A stretch of DNA of 64,000 nt from Burkholderiaceae bacterium (GCA_045106815.1 JBGCFG010000005.1:30507-94506), one strand, 5' to 3'; positions 8,511 through 19,506 are shown, numbered from the stretch's first letter. A program made the numbers and translations. The notes: generated by a model not told the origin, from the sequence alone.

Positions 8511-11500
8511 CTAGCCAAGTGAACTCATAAGAGCACGACGCAATTCGGCTTCTTCAAGATCAGCACGCTCGGCATAGTCGGCCAATTGGTCTTCACCAAT
8601 CCGGCCGACATTAAAGTAGTCTGCCTGCTCATGCGAGAAGTAAAAGCCAGACACGCTCGCACCCGGATTCATCGCAAACGATTCGGTCAACTCCATACCA
8701 ATCTTGTCGCATGCGAGCACGTCGAACATCGCCCGCTTGACCGTATGCTCGGGGCATGCCGGGTAGCCAGGGGCTGGTCGAATACCGCGGTACTTCTCGG
8801 CAATCAACTCGGCGTTGTCGAGTTGCTCATCTGGTTGATAGCCCCACAAATCAGTCCGCACACGCTGATGCAGGCATTCGGCAAAGGCCTCGGCCAGGCG
8901 ATCAGCAATTGCTTTGAGCATGATGCTTGAGTAGTCGTCGAGCAGTTTTTCAAACTCGGCTTCTTTCTCGCTTGCGCCAATACCTGAGGTCACCGCAAAC
9001 ATCCCGATGTAATCCTTGATGCCGCTTGGCTTGCCATCAAGCTCTTTGGGCGCAATAAAGTCGGACAAACACTTGTTGTTAACACCCGGTTTCTTTGCCG
9101 TTTGCTGGCGGACACCGCGCCAAACAAAGGCGACCTCTTCGCGAGAGTCATCTGTGTAGATCTCAATGTCGTCATCATTGATGCTGTTCGCGGGCAAAAA
9201 GCCGACCACGGCATTGGCCTGCAACCAGCGCCCGTTAATCGCACGCTCAAGCATGGCTTTGCCATCCGAAAACACGCGGCGGGCGGATTCTCCCACCACG
9301 TCGTCTTCCAAAATCTTGGGGAACGGGCCGTGCAGATCCCAGGTTTGGAAAAATGGTTGCCAGTCGATATAGCGTGCAATCTCGGCCAAGTCGTAGTTGC
9401 GGAACTCCCGTCGGCCTAGGAACTTTGGTTTGACAGGTGATGGCGCCTTCCCAGCGGCCACAGCTGACCAATCGAAATCAGGTTTGTTCTCGCGAGCCTG
9501 CTCAATCGTGACGAGCTTCGGCCCTTTCTTGGCAGCGTGTTGAGTACGAACCTTCTCGTATTCGTCAACAATGCCCTGCAAATAGGCTGGCCGGCTTTCT
9601 GGTGAAATCAACTGCTGAGCCACCGGCACAGAGCGGGACGCATCGGTGACGTGAATCACTGGGCCGGAATAGTGCGGTGCAATCTTGACGGCAGTATGGA
9701 CCCGCGAGGTAGTCGCACCGCCAATCAGAAGCGGCATGTGACGAGTGCGAATAGACTCGTCTCGCTCCATCTCGCTCGCGACATAAGCCATCTCTTCAAG
9801 TGACGGCGTAATCAGGCCAGACAAACCGATGATGTCGCAGCCTTCCTCCTTGGCGGTTTTCAGAATCTCCGCGCAAGGCACCATGACGCCCATGTTCACA
9901 ACATCAAAGTTATTGCACTGAAGCACCACGCTCACAATGTTCTTGCCAATATCGTGAACATCGCCTTTAACGGTTGCCATCAGGATCTTGCCCTTGCTGG
10001 ACACATCACCGCCAGCCGCTTTGATCTCTTCTTTCTCGGCTTCAATGTAGGGAATCAGGTGAGCAACCGCCTGCTTCATCACACGCGCACTCTTCACCAC
10101 CTGCGGCAGGAACATCTTGCCCTCGCCAAACAAGTCGCCCACCACGTTCATGCCGTCCATCAAGGGGCCTTCGATGACCTCAATTGGTCGGCCACTACGC
10201 GCAGAAATCTCCTGCCAAGCTTCTTCGGTGTCATCGACGATGAACTTGGTAATGCCATGAATCAGCGAATGCGTCAGACGCTCTTGCACAGTCTTGGGCT
10301 CGTCCGGTGTGCCACGCCAATCGAGGTTTTCTTCCCGCTTGGTGCCGCCGCCCGTAAGCGTGCCTGCAAACTCAATCATGCGCTCCGTGGCGGTCTTTTC
10401 GCGCTCGGGCGAATCGGCCGGCAGATCTGCTGGAAAGGTTGGCCCGCGATTAAGGATGATGTCTTCAACCATCGTGCGCAAGGTCGGCTCGATCTGGTCG
10501 TAGACGCCGATCATCCCCGCGTTCACGATGCCCATCGTCAAGCCATTCTTGATGGCGTGATAGAGAAACACCGTATGGATGGCTTCGCGTGCCGGCTCAT
10601 TGCCGCGAAAGCTGAAACTCACATTTGACACGCCGCCTGACAGCTTGGCGTGCGGTAGATTGTCGCGAATCCACTTACACGACTGAATAAAGTCAACCGC
10701 GTAGTTGTCGTGTTCCTCGATACCAGTGGCAATCGCAAAGATGTTGGGATCGAAGATAATGTCTTCCGCCGGGAAGCCAACTTTCTCCACGAGCAGCTTG
10801 TAAGCGCGCTCACAAATTTCAATTTTGCGCGCAAACGTGTCGGCCTGACCTTGCTCATCAAAGGCCATCACAATCGCAGCGGCACCATAGCGGCGGCACA
10901 GCGTTGCCTGCTCGATGAAGGCTTCCTCGCCTTCTTTCATGGAGATCGAGTTCACAACCGCCTTGCCCTGCACACACTTCAGGCCCGCCTCAATGACTTC
11001 CCATTTTGAACTGTCAATCATGATGGGCACACGCGATATATCCGGCTCTGAACCAATCAAGTTCAAAAACCGGGACATGGCCGCTTTCGAATCAAGCATG
11101 GCCTCATCCATGTTGATATCGATGATCTGCGCGCCGTTTTCAACTTGCTGGCGAGCGACAGCCAGAGCCTCATCAAACTGCTCGTTCAGGATAAGCCGGG
11201 CAAATGCGCGCGAGCCTGTGACATTGGTACGCTCACCCACGTTGACGAACAGCGAGTCAGCTTCAACATTGAAAGCTTCCAAACCACTCAGGCGCAAAAC
11301 GCCTTCTTTGGTCGTGGGGATCTGCCGTGGCGGGTGCTGGCTAACCGCCTTGGCGATGGCAGCAATATGCTCTGGCGTCGTGCCACAACAACCGCCGGCC
11401 ACATTGACGAAACCGGCTTTGGCAAACTCGTCGAGCAGGTTACCCGTAATGTCGGGCGTTTCATCAAACCCGGTTTCTGACATCGGATTCGGCAGACCAG

Positions 11501-12380
11501 CATTGGGATAGACACACACGAAGGTATCGCAAAGCTTCGACAGCTCTTCGATATATGGGCGCATAAGCGCGGCACCCAGTGCGCAGTTCAGGCCAATGGT
11601 CAACGGCCTGGCATGTCGCACCGAATTCCAGAACGCTTCAACCGTCTGGCCAGACAAAATGCGCCCAGAGGCGTCGGTGACCGTGCCTGAAATCATGAGC
11701 GGCAGACGCTCGTAACCCTGCGCTTCACGCTCGGTCTGCAACTCATCCAGTGCAAACAAGGCAGCCTTTGCGTTGAGGGTGTCGAACACGGTCTCGACCA
11801 GGAACACGTCAATGCCCCCTTCAAGCAAACCTTTGGCCTGTTCGTAGTAGGCCGCACGCAACTCATCAAAGGTGACGTTGCGCGCGCCTGGATCATTCAC
11901 GTCGGGCGAAATCGAAGCGGTTTTGGGTTGCGGCCCCAGGGCGCCCGCTACAAAGCGCGGCCGCTCTTGTGTTGAATACTTATCGCAGGCCGCACGCGCA
12001 AGTCGCGCAGACGCTGCATTCATCTCGTAAGCCAGCTCGGGCATGTCGTAGTCAGCCTGAGCGATTGACGTGGCCCCGAATGTGTTGGTCTCAATCAGGT
12101 CTGCACCAGCGGCAAGGTATTGCTCGTGAATCTGTTGAATCACATCAGGCCGCGTCAGAGACAACAGCTCGTTATTACCTTTGACATCCTGGCCGTGGCT
12201 GGCAAAGCGCTCGCCGCGATAGTCTGATTCGGCAAGCTTGTAGCGCTGAATCATGGTGCCCATGGCCCCGTCCAGCACGAGAATGTGATCTTTTAGTAGC
12301 GCAGTGAGTCGCTGTTCGGTTGTTTCAACGGCTGCAGTGGCATCGTTTTGGGCGGGTGAGGATGTGTTTTTTGCGTTCAT
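8511..12380 (-). CDS. metH: Cobalamin-dependent methionine synthase
   Basis: This 1289-aa protein has the full five-module order. The modules are Hcy-binding ([10 protein letters not shown]), pterin-binding, the B12 cap and B12-binding domain ([11 protein letters not shown]), and the AdoMet activation domain ([12 protein letters not shown]). Confidence 0.95.
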   Translation of the reverse strand: MNAKNTSSPAQNDATAAVETTEQRLTALLKDHILVLDGAMGTMIQRYKLAESDYRGERFASHGQDVKGNNELLSLTRPDVIQQIHEQYLAAGADLIETNTFGATSIAQADYDMPELAYEMNAASARLARAACDKYSTQERPRFVAGALGPQPKTASISPDVNDPGARNVTFDELRAAYYEQAKGLLEGGIDVFLVETVFDTLNAKAALFALDELQTEREAQGYERLPLMISGTVTDASGRILSGQTVEAFWNSVRHARPLTIGLNCALGAALMRPYIEELSKLCDTFVCVYPNAGLPNPMSETGFDETPDITGNLLDEFAKAGFVNVAGGCCGTTPEHIAAIAKAVSQHPPRQIPTTKEGVLRLSGLEAFNVEADSLFVNVGERTNVTGSRAFARLILNEQFDEALAVARQQVENGAQIIDINMDEAMLDSKAAMSRFLNLIGSEPDISRVPIMIDSSKWEVIEAGLKCVQGKAVVNSISMKEGEEAFIEQATLCRRYGAAAIVMAFDEQGQADTFARKIEICERAYKLLVEKVGFPAEDIIFDPNIFAIATGIEEHDNYAVDFIQSCKWIRDNLPHAKLSGGVSNVSFSFRGNEPAREAIHTVFLYHAIKNGLTMGIVNAGMIGVYDQIEPTLRTMVEDIILNRGPTFPADLPADSPEREKTATERMIEFAGTLTGGGTKREENLDWRGTPDEPKTVQERLTHSLIHGITKFIVDDTEEAWQEISARSGRPIEVIEGPLMDGMNVVGDLFGEGKMFLPQVVKSARVMKQAVAHLIPYIEAEKEEIKAAGGDVSSKGKILMATVKGDVHDIGKNIVSVVLQCNNFDVVNMGVMVPCAEILKTAKEEGCDIIGLSGLITPSLEEMAYVASEMERDESIRTRHMPLLIGGATTSRVHTAVKIAPHYSGPVIHVTDASRSVPVAQQLISPESRPAYLQGIVDEYEKVRTQHAAKKGPKLVTIEQARENKPDFDWSAVAAGKAPSPVKPKFLGRREFRNYDLAEIARYIDWQPFFQTWDLHGPFPKILEDDVVGESARRVFSDGKAMLERAINGRWLQANAVVGFLPANSINDDDIEIYTDDSREEVAFVWRGVRQQTAKKPGVNNKCLSDFIAPKELDGKPSGIKDYIGMFAVTSGIGASEKEAEFEKLLDDYSSIMLKAIADRLAEAFAECLHQRVRTDLWGYQPDEQLDNAELIAEKYRGIRPAPGYPACPEHTVKRAMFDVLACDKIGMELTESFAMNPGASVSGFYFSHEQADYFNVGRIGEDQLADYAERADLEEAELRRALMSSLG

Positions 12381-12509
12381 GCCTTATGTTACCGGGCGGG
12401 CGGCACTTGAAGCGCCGAAAACCGTCGCTTTAGGTGTTTATCCGGCTAAGTCCAAGCGCCCGCATAATCAGGAACAAGCTCGACACTCAATTTAACCTCA
12501 GGAGACATC

Positions 12510-13217
12510 ATGGCTGCCGGATCAGACCTGGTAATCGAAGCCCCTCAACCTACTGTGCTGCCAGTCGCTGGCAAGGGCGGCGGATTTCCCGTACGGCGGG
12601 TGTATTGCGTGGGTCGTAACTACGTCGAACATGCGAAAGAAATGGGCTTTACCGGACGCGAGCCGCCATTTTTCTTTATGAAACCCGCTGATGCGATGCT
12701 TTACGTCGCCCCGGGTGCAACCGGTGAGATGCCCTACCCACCCGGCACAAGCAATTTGCATCATGAGATGGAGTTGATCGTCGCGATTGGCACGGCAGCC
12801 CAGAATGTGAAGGCCGCCAATGCCCGCGAGCATATTTACGGCTATGCGGTCGGACTGGACATGACCCGGCGAGACCTGCAGGGCGAGGCAAAGAAAACCG
12901 GGCGTCCATGGGAAATTGGCAAGGCCTTTGACCATTCAGGGCCAATCAGTCAGATCATCCCGGCTGCTGATGTTGGCGATATCGACAATGCCACCCTGAC
13001 GCTCGAGGTCAACGGGGAGACACGCCAGTCGGCAAGCATTGCCGAATTGATCTGGAACATCGACGAAATCATTGAGCACCTGACCACTTTTTGGAAGCTC
13101 ATGCCAGGTGACTTGATCTTTACCGGTACGCCTGCTGGTGTTGCCGCTGTTGAAAAAGGTGACACGCTCAAAGGCGGTGTGACGGGTGTCACCGACATCA
13201 CGGTCAAACTTGTCTGA
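12510..13217 (+). CDS. Fumarylacetoacetate hydrolase (FAH) family protein
   Basis: VYCVGRNYVEHAKEMG...HHEMELIVAIG...GYAVGLDMTRRDLQ...PGDLIFTGTPAGV is a typical FAH-fold signature. Confidence 0.85.
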   Translation: MAAGSDLVIEAPQPTVLPVAGKGGGFPVRRVYCVGRNYVEHAKEMGFTGREPPFFFMKPADAMLYVAPGATGEMPYPPGTSNLHHEMELIVAIGTAAQNVKAANAREHIYGYAVGLDMTRRDLQGEAKKTGRPWEIGKAFDHSGPISQIIPAADVGDIDNATLTLEVNGETRQSASIAELIWNIDEIIEHLTTFWKLMPGDLIFTGTPAGVAAVEKGDTLKGGVTGVTDITVKLV

Positions 13218-13218
13218 T

Positions 13219-14316
13219 ATGAAAGAGCACCTTGTTGGCACCGATGCGCTTCATGCCTGGACTATCGAGATCTGGGAGAAAGCCGGCTCATCGTCTGAAG
13301 AGGCCAGACTAACCGCTGACCACCTGGTTGGCGCGAACCTGGCTGGTCATGACTCGCACGGCGTGGGTATGGTGCCGCGCTACGTTAAGTCATGGCGCGG
13401 ACAATCCCTGCAGTTGAACCGTCAGATTGAAATTGCCGTCGACACCGGGGCGATGGTGGTTGCCGATGGCGGCATGGGTATGGGCCAGTCCGTTGCCTAC
13501 CAGGCAATGAGCGTTGGCATTGAACGCGCAAAGGAGCACGGGGTCGCCTTATTGGGGCTGAAGCATTCACACCACCTTGGCCGGGTTGGACACTGGGCCG
13601 AGATGGCGGTCGAGCAAGGCCTGGTCTCGATTCACTTCACGAATGCGTTGAATGATGCGCCCATGGTCGCACCCCATGGTGGTTCGCAACCCCGTTTTCT
13701 GACGAATCCGTTCACGGTGGGAATTCCCCGTGCCGATGCTGAGCCGGTGATTCTGGATTTCGCCACGAGCGCGATTGCCCATGGCAAAGCGCGGGTGGCA
13801 ATGAACAAAGGCGTGCCCGTGCCGGTCGGTTCAACCATTGATGCCGATGGCCAGCCAACAACCGATGCGCGGGTGCTGTTTCACGAGCCACTCGGTGCCA
13901 TCAAAACCTTTGGAGCGCACAAGGGCCACGCACTGGCCATGGTGGTGGAGATGCTTGGCGCCGCGATGGTTGGGGGCAAGACCACTCACCCCGCGAATTA
14001 TCCCAAGGGCATGGGCATCATGAATAACATGATGACCATTGTTTTTGATCCAGCCAGGCTCGAAACCGACGCCGCATTTCAAAGCGAAACGAAGAGCTTC
14101 GTTGATTGGGTTCAGTCTACCCGGCTCGATAGCGTGGGCGAAGAGTTGGGCGGCGTGCTGCTTCCCGGCGATCCGGAACGCCGTATGCGAATTGCTCGTG
14201 CAAAACAGATACCGATCGACGAAGGCACGATGGGCGAACTGGTTCAGGCAGCAGAAACGGTCTCTGAAGCTCGCGGTAAGGAAGTGACAGACCCGACGAC
14301 TCTGATTGTCGGTTAG
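13219..14316 (+). CDS. Ldh_2 family (malate/L-lactate/sulfolactate-type) NAD(P)H oxidoreductase
   Basis: ...ANLAGHDSHGVGMVPRYV...HSHHLGRVGHWAE...NPFTVGIP..DFATSAIAHGK is an Ldh_2 family pattern. The ATG at 13219 lies 1 nt after the FAH stop. Confidence 0.8.
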   Translation: MKEHLVGTDALHAWTIEIWEKAGSSSEEARLTADHLVGANLAGHDSHGVGMVPRYVKSWRGQSLQLNRQIEIAVDTGAMVVADGGMGMGQSVAYQAMSVGIERAKEHGVALLGLKHSHHLGRVGHWAEMAVEQGLVSIHFTNALNDAPMVAPHGGSQPRFLTNPFTVGIPRADAEPVILDFATSAIAHGKARVAMNKGVPVPVGSTIDADGQPTTDARVLFHEPLGAIKTFGAHKGHALAMVVEMLGAAMVGGKTTHPANYPKGMGIMNNMMTIVFDPARLETDAAFQSETKSFVDWVQSTRLDSVGEELGGVLLPGDPERRMRIARAKQIPIDEGTMGELVQAAETVSEARGKEVTDPTTLIVG

Positions 14317-14401
14317 TGACCTTCTGGCTTGTATCGCTTGTCTATGAACAGCCGAATGCACTAGATTAGAGATGCTGGCAAGATCAAATTGAGAGAAACC
14401 C

Positions 14402-15133
14402 ATGCCCGTCCCACCGATTCTTAAAACAGCCTTGCAAGGCGCACTAACCGCCATCGTGGTGGGTTTGCTGGCAGTCGGCGTGACCCAGGCTGCTCTGCCA
14501 GAATCACCGAGCGAGATTGACTGGCAGCAACTGGTGCCGGCACAAAGTCCGGCGCTGATAAAAGACATTGAAACGCTGCAACAAGCGCTCGACGATCTTG
14601 ATGAGGAGCGCCAGGAACTCTACTTTCAGATTGATGACCAGATGGCTCTCAAGCGGCGGATTGAACGCGGTTTCATTGATGAAACGCTTCTGAACGATGC
14701 CTCGCGCAAGCAACTCAATAAAGACTTAAAGAGCGAGCAGCCAGAACTGTTCACCTTGTGGGAGCGCGTAAACAAAACCCGGCAGCGCCACAAGAAGGAA
14801 TCCGCGAGAGTCAATGAGTCTCTGGATGGCAAGACTGTGCGGATGCCGGGCTACGTGCTGCCCCTGGAATCTGAAGGCACAGCCGTGCGGGAATTTCTCC
14901 TGGTGCCTTTCGTTGGCGCTTGTATTCACGTGCCGCCACCGCCACCCAACCAAATGGTGTTTGTTGAATCAGCCCAACCTTACGAAAGCGATGCCTTGTT
15001 TGAGCCCGTGTGGGTTGAGGGCGTTTTAACAGTTTCTGCAGGCACCCATTCCTTGTCGTTGGTAGATGGCGAATCTGATGTCAACACCGGTTACTCGATG
15101 AAGGCCATCAAGATCATCAAGCATCAGCAGTGA
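14402..15133 (+). CDS. DUF3299-family periplasmic protein
   Basis: It has a signal/anchor segment. The C-terminal motif VRMPGYVLPLE...FLLVPFVGACIHVPPPPPNQMVFV is the DUF3299 hallmark as I recall it. The gene is translationally coupled (GTGA) to the next gene. Confidence 0.7.
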   Translation: MPVPPILKTALQGALTAIVVGLLAVGVTQAALPESPSEIDWQQLVPAQSPALIKDIETLQQALDDLDEERQELYFQIDDQMALKRRIERGFIDETLLNDASRKQLNKDLKSEQPELFTLWERVNKTRQRHKKESARVNESLDGKTVRMPGYVLPLESEGTAVREFLLVPFVGACIHVPPPPPNQMVFVESAQPYESDALFEPVWVEGVLTVSAGTHSLSLVDGESDVNTGYSMKAIKIIKHQQ

Positions 15134-15843
15134 CTTCAAAAGATGCGCCCTTGTTGAGCCTTAATGAGGTGCGGTTTGGCTGGAAGGCCGGCGATCCTGA
15201 CCTGATTCGCCTTGATCACTTTACGCTCGCAGCGGGCGAGAAAGTTTTTGTCAGCGGTCCTAGTGGCTGCGGCAAGAGCACTCTACTCAGCCTGATCGGT
15301 GGTGTCGCGCAGCCTCGGAGCGGTTCGGTTGAAGTGCTCGGAGAGAACATCACCACCATGAGCACGGCGCAAAGGGATCGATTCAGAGCCGACCACCTGG
15401 GCATCATCTTTCAATTGTTTAACCTGGTGCCCTACCTGACGATTCTTGAAAACGTCCTGTTGCCCTGCCGTTTTTCCCCTCGGCGCCGAAGGTTTGCTAT
15501 CGCAAATAGTCATAGCCTTGAGCAAGAGGCTGGACGCCTGCTTGAACATCTGGAACTGGATTTGGCGGAACTTGGTCGCCGGCCGGTTGTTGAACTGAGT
15601 ATCGGGCAGCAACAACGGGTGGCTGTTGCTCGTGCCCTGATTGGATCGCCCGATTTGATCATTGCTGATGAACCCACTTCTGCGCTCGATGAAGGCAGCA
15701 GCGAACGGTTCATTGAGCTCCTGATTGAGCAAAGCGATGTCAATGGCAGCGGCATCATCTTTGTGAGTCATGACCAGCGCGTGGCTGAGCTATTTGAAAG
15801 GCAAATACCGTTTGAATCGCTACAAGCGACGGTAAAGACGTGA
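15130..15843 (+). CDS. ABC transporter ATP-binding protein (MacB/LolD/FtsE-like)
   Basis: It has Walker A GPSGCGKST, signature LSIGQQQRV and Walker B LIIADEPTSALD. Confidence 0.9.
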   Translation: MTSKDAPLLSLNEVRFGWKAGDPDLIRLDHFTLAAGEKVFVSGPSGCGKSTLLSLIGGVAQPRSGSVEVLGENITTMSTAQRDRFRADHLGIIFQLFNLVPYLTILENVLLPCRFSPRRRRFAIANSHSLEQEAGRLLEHLELDLAELGRRPVVELSIGQQQRVAVARALIGSPDLIIADEPTSALDEGSSERFIELLIEQSDVNGSGIIFVSHDQRVAELFERQIPFESLQATVKT

Positions 15844-17102
15844 CGACCATTATTCGCCTTGCGTGGGCCAGCCTGCTTAACCGCCGCGGTGCAGCACTGC
15901 TCACCATCATCTCAATTGCCTTGAGCGTTGCGATGCTGCTTGGCGTTGAAAAACTCCGGCGGGATGCCAAAGCCGGTTTCACGAACACGATCTCCGGCAC
16001 TGATCTGATTGTCGGGGCTCGCAGCGGCTCAGTTCAGTTGCTGCTGTATTCCGTTTTCAGAATTGGCAATGCCACCAACAACATCTCCTGGCAAAGCTAC
16101 CAAAAAATTGCCGCCACCCGGGGAGTAGCGTGGACGGTACCGATCTCGCTTGGTGACTCGCATCGCGGCTATCGCGTGATGGGGACTAGTCAAAGCTACT
16201 TTGAGCACTATCGCTATGGTCAAAAGCAAAACCTGCAATTTGCCGACGGCGGGATGTTCGAAGACCCATTCGATGTTGTCATTGGCGCCGAAGTCGCCAA
16301 TAAGCTTGGTTACAGTCTTGGCCAATCAATCGTGCTGAGCCACGGCACCGGAGATTTGCAGCTACAAGAACATGATGACAAACCATTTAACGTCGTAGGC
16401 ATCCTCTCTCCGACGGGCACCCCCGTCGACCGAACCCTGCATGTCAGTTTAGCGGGCATCGAAGCGATCCACGTCGATTGGCAAGACGGTCGCCGTCAAA
16501 GCACTGGCCTCCTGGGTAAGCGCCCAGTAGCACCCGAAGACCTGGTGCCCAAGAACATTACGGCGTTTCTGATTAGTGTTGAAAGGAAAACTCAGATTTT
16601 TTCGCTTCAACGCACCATCAACACCATGCGAACAGAGCCCCTGCTCGCGATCATTCCAGGCGCTGCGCTGCAGGAGTTGTGGGACTTGATGCGAGTGGCC
16701 GAGCAAACGCTACAAGTGATTTCCATCTTCATAGTTGCCACCAGCTTGCTCGGGATGCTCACCGTGATTCTGGCGACGCTGGAAGCGCGGCGTCGCGAGA
16801 TGGCTGTACTGCGAGCTGTCGGGGCGAGACTCAGTCATTTAGCCGGATTGTTTGTTGCAGAGGCACTGGTGCTTGCCGTGATGGGGATCGCGGCCGGCTT
16901 TGCTGTGCTGGCGATTGCCACTGCCGTCGCCAAACCCATCGTCTTTAGCCAGTTTGGCATCTTTATGCCGTATGCCAGCCTAAGCACATGGGACTGGAGT
17001 TTGCTCGCACTTGTTCTGGGAAGCGCGCTGGTGATTAGTATCTGGCCTGCCTGGCGCGCCTATAGCTTGTCACTGAGTGACGGTTTGTCTATCAGGATCT
17101 AG
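15840..17102 (+). CDS. ABC transporter permease, FtsX/MacB-type
   Basis: This 420-aa protein has an N-terminal TM helix, a large periplasmic domain and three C-terminal TM helices (FtsX-like). Its GTG start overlaps the ATPase stop. Confidence 0.8.
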   Translation: MTTIIRLAWASLLNRRGAALLTIISIALSVAMLLGVEKLRRDAKAGFTNTISGTDLIVGARSGSVQLLLYSVFRIGNATNNISWQSYQKIAATRGVAWTVPISLGDSHRGYRVMGTSQSYFEHYRYGQKQNLQFADGGMFEDPFDVVIGAEVANKLGYSLGQSIVLSHGTGDLQLQEHDDKPFNVVGILSPTGTPVDRTLHVSLAGIEAIHVDWQDGRRQSTGLLGKRPVAPEDLVPKNITAFLISVERKTQIFSLQRTINTMRTEPLLAIIPGAALQELWDLMRVAEQTLQVISIFIVATSLLGMLTVILATLEARRREMAVLRAVGARLSHLAGLFVAEALVLAVMGIAAGFAVLAIATAVAKPIVFSQFGIFMPYASLSTWDWSLLALVLGSALVISIWPAWRAYSLSLSDGLSIRI

Positions 17103-17545
17103 GCAGCGCCATTCTCTGACTCACTGATGGTCCAGAATCGCTCCATGGAGATAAAAGTATAAGAAGCTGACCAGCCAATCAAGAGCAAGCCGTTCAAGGT
17201 TTCAATACCAGCGAGCAATCTGATTGGCCCTACTGGCAGCACATCTCCGAGACCCAAGGACGTGTAGGTTTCCGCAGAAAAATAGAAACAAGCAATAAGC
17301 GAGAACTCGTCAAGGCCAGACAAAGACCCGACCGACGCAAACTCAATCAGGGCATACAAGCCAACGGCGTAGACTGCAATCTCCGCCAGATGCGTGATGG
17401 TTGCAACGAACATCACCAACAGTAGCTTCGCCCGCGCTTTCAGTTTTAGCGAAGGCAACGCTTGGTTAAGCAGGCGCAGGACTTCATAATGGATGACTGT
17501 TGCCAGCCCGACAAGCACAACGCTCCATGCGACAGTCACCAGCAT
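17099..17545 (-). CDS. Small two-TM pore-loop ion channel (K+ channel-like, Ion_trans_2)
   Basis: This 148-aa protein has hydrophobic helices flanking a pore-loop, FSAETYTSLGLGDVLP. The filter reads TSLGLGD rather than the canonical TxGYGD. Confidence 0.55.
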   Translation of the reverse strand: MLVTVAWSVVLVGLATVIHYEVLRLLNQALPSLKLKARAKLLLVMFVATITHLAEIAVYAVGLYALIEFASVGSLSGLDEFSLIACFYFSAETYTSLGLGDVLPVGPIRLLAGIETLNGLLLIGWSASYTFISMERFWTISESENGAA

Positions 17546-17630
17546 TTGATCCTCTCTTTATTGTTGGCTTTTTCCATTTGCTTCTTTGGGCGTAGCCCGG
17601 CTACCCGCATCCACCTTGTTGTTGAATTCA

Positions 17631-18548
17631 ATGATGCAATCGAAACAAGCCGCAATCAACACCTGGTCGTTCTCCATGTTCAGCTTGCTTATGACGCTGG
17701 GCACTCTCGCGGCTGCGAAAACAACCAGCGAGGAATCAGCCGCCTTCCTTTCAGGCCAGAGCACCGCGCTCGGCCAGGCCCGTGCAAATCGGTTGGCAGC
17801 GGGTGCTGGTCTGAACGGCGGCGAGCGGCGGTTAAGCCTCGGCATCAAGCGTTGCATCAGACCACACCATTGCCGCTCCCTTGCTGTGGACTATCAATAC
17901 ACGCGATACGAGTTTGTCGGTATTGACAGCCGGGATCGAGATTTGCACCGTCTGCAACTACCGGTGACTTGGACGCGCGCCTCGGAGCGTAGGCGACTGA
18001 TTATCAACATTACGCCGGGCATTGCCACTTCTTCTAATGTGATGAAAGACCTTTTAAACCGCGGCGGCTCGGGCGACCTGTTTCTGAACGGTCAACTCGA
18101 ATCCCAGCCAATGGCTAACCGGTGGGGGCCAGTGCTGGGCATTCGCTATGACCAGCGGTTTGGGAAGTCTCAGTTGACACCCGTCCTTGGACTGGAGCTT
18201 CGTCGCGATCCGGACACGAGACTTCGACTAGCGTTTCCCGAGTCGGCCATCGACATTCGCATCAATGATCGTCATCAGGTCAGCTGGCAGCTATTTCCGT
18301 CTGGTTATGTCTGGCATGTTGTCACTGATGACTTTCGAAATGAGTTTGACTATCGAGTCGAGGGCTATCGCTCTGAGATAGAGTGGCGGGTGCGGCTTGC
18401 CAGATGGGTGTCACTGGGCATCAGGGGCGGCGTAGAGTTTGACCGTCGGCATCAATTTAAAGACGATGCACTGACTGCTATCGATACAAAGCTTGATAAA
18501 ACATGGAGCTTTGGTGTCGAACTCAGAATGACCGCCTCCCGGCCATAG
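17631..18548 (+). CDS. Hypothetical protein, possibly an outer-membrane beta-barrel
   Basis: It has a short hydrophobic N-terminus (MFSLLMTLGTLAAA) and alternating-polarity beta-like segments. The C-terminal region (TWSFGVELRMTASRP) is not a canonical terminal-Phe signal. I recognise no family. The start could be at 17586, 17631 or 17676. Confidence 0.3.
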   Translation: MMQSKQAAINTWSFSMFSLLMTLGTLAAAKTTSEESAAFLSGQSTALGQARANRLAAGAGLNGGERRLSLGIKRCIRPHHCRSLAVDYQYTRYEFVGIDSRDRDLHRLQLPVTWTRASERRRLIINITPGIATSSNVMKDLLNRGGSGDLFLNGQLESQPMANRWGPVLGIRYDQRFGKSQLTPVLGLELRRDPDTRLRLAFPESAIDIRINDRHQVSWQLFPSGYVWHVVTDDFRNEFDYRVEGYRSEIEWRVRLARWVSLGIRGGVEFDRRHQFKDDALTAIDTKLDKTWSFGVELRMTASRP

Positions 18549-18552
18549 CGCT

Positions 18553-19506
18553 CTATCCCGCCCTGAGCGTATGAACCGTGATTTCTGGCGGACAATTAAA
18601 GCGCGCCGCAACCACTGAAGCTCCCGAGCCTCGCGATGTATACCCCTGCAAGGCGCCATGATGCCAGGCACCGCCCGCCATCGCCCGTGGCGCGCGCGCA
18701 TTAACGAACAGCGGGTATTGTCCGGGTAAGCAGATTTGCCCACCGTGCGTATGACCACACAGGTACAAGTCTATGGCGGCTTCGGCTGCCTCGCGCCAAA
18801 TCTCAGGAGAATGAACAAGCAAGATCTTCGCTACGTCCGCGGGCACATTCCTCGTCGCCCAGCTTAGATTATCGGTACGAAAGTAGTGCGGATCATCCAC
18901 CCCTATCAGTGCCAGCGATGCAGACTCACGCTTTAGCATGACAGTCTCATTCATCAACACGCTCATATCCATCGCTTCAATTGAAGGCAGCATACGAAGC
19001 GAATCGTGATTACCCAGGACACAGTAAATATCTGAATCGAGCGCGGCACGCACCTGTTGCAAGGCCTGCAGGCAAGGCTCGATCGGACCAAAAGTTCTTG
19101 CCCGAAAATCACCGGTGATCACGCAGATGTCATAGGGCACGCCTTTGAGTAGATCAATCAGCACGTCAGCAAGTTGCGGATGCATATCCAAATGCAAATC
19201 GCTTAAATGCAGCACCCGAAAGCCGTTGAATGCAGGAGGCAATTTGTCGATCACAACCTCACGCTCGTTGACGGTGCCCTGAAGCAAATTTGACTGGCCA
19301 CGTGCACGCATCAGCGTCGCCTTCAACACGGTGCCGATCACATTGCGGCCTAGATCTCGCTTTTGCTGACGCCATAGCTGGCGCAAGGGCCCCGGTGGGC
19401 GAGACTCTTTGCGTTGCTCCGCCCGAAGGCGTTTGGTCAGATGATCCGGCTGGAGGCGGCCGGACAATCGATCAGCAACAATTTTGAGCACGTCAGGTTC
19501 AGGCAT
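18553..19506 (-). CDS. Calcineurin-like metallophosphoesterase (YaeI-like)
   Basis: The motifs are VLHLSDLHLD, ITGDF, LGNHD and GHTHGGQI. The ATG at 19506..19504 overlaps the upstream TGA by 1 nt (TGATG). The track start at 19521 is a TTG. Confidence 0.8.
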   Translation of the reverse strand: MPEPDVLKIVADRLSGRLQPDHLTKRLRAEQRKESRPPGPLRQLWRQQKRDLGRNVIGTVLKATLMRARGQSNLLQGTVNEREVVIDKLPPAFNGFRVLHLSDLHLDMHPQLADVLIDLLKGVPYDICVITGDFRARTFGPIEPCLQALQQVRAALDSDIYCVLGNHDSLRMLPSIEAMDMSVLMNETVMLKRESASLALIGVDDPHYFRTDNLSWATRNVPADVAKILLVHSPEIWREAAEAAIDLYLCGHTHGGQICLPGQYPLFVNARAPRAMAGGAWHHGALQGYTSRGSGASVVAARFNCPPEITVHTLRAG

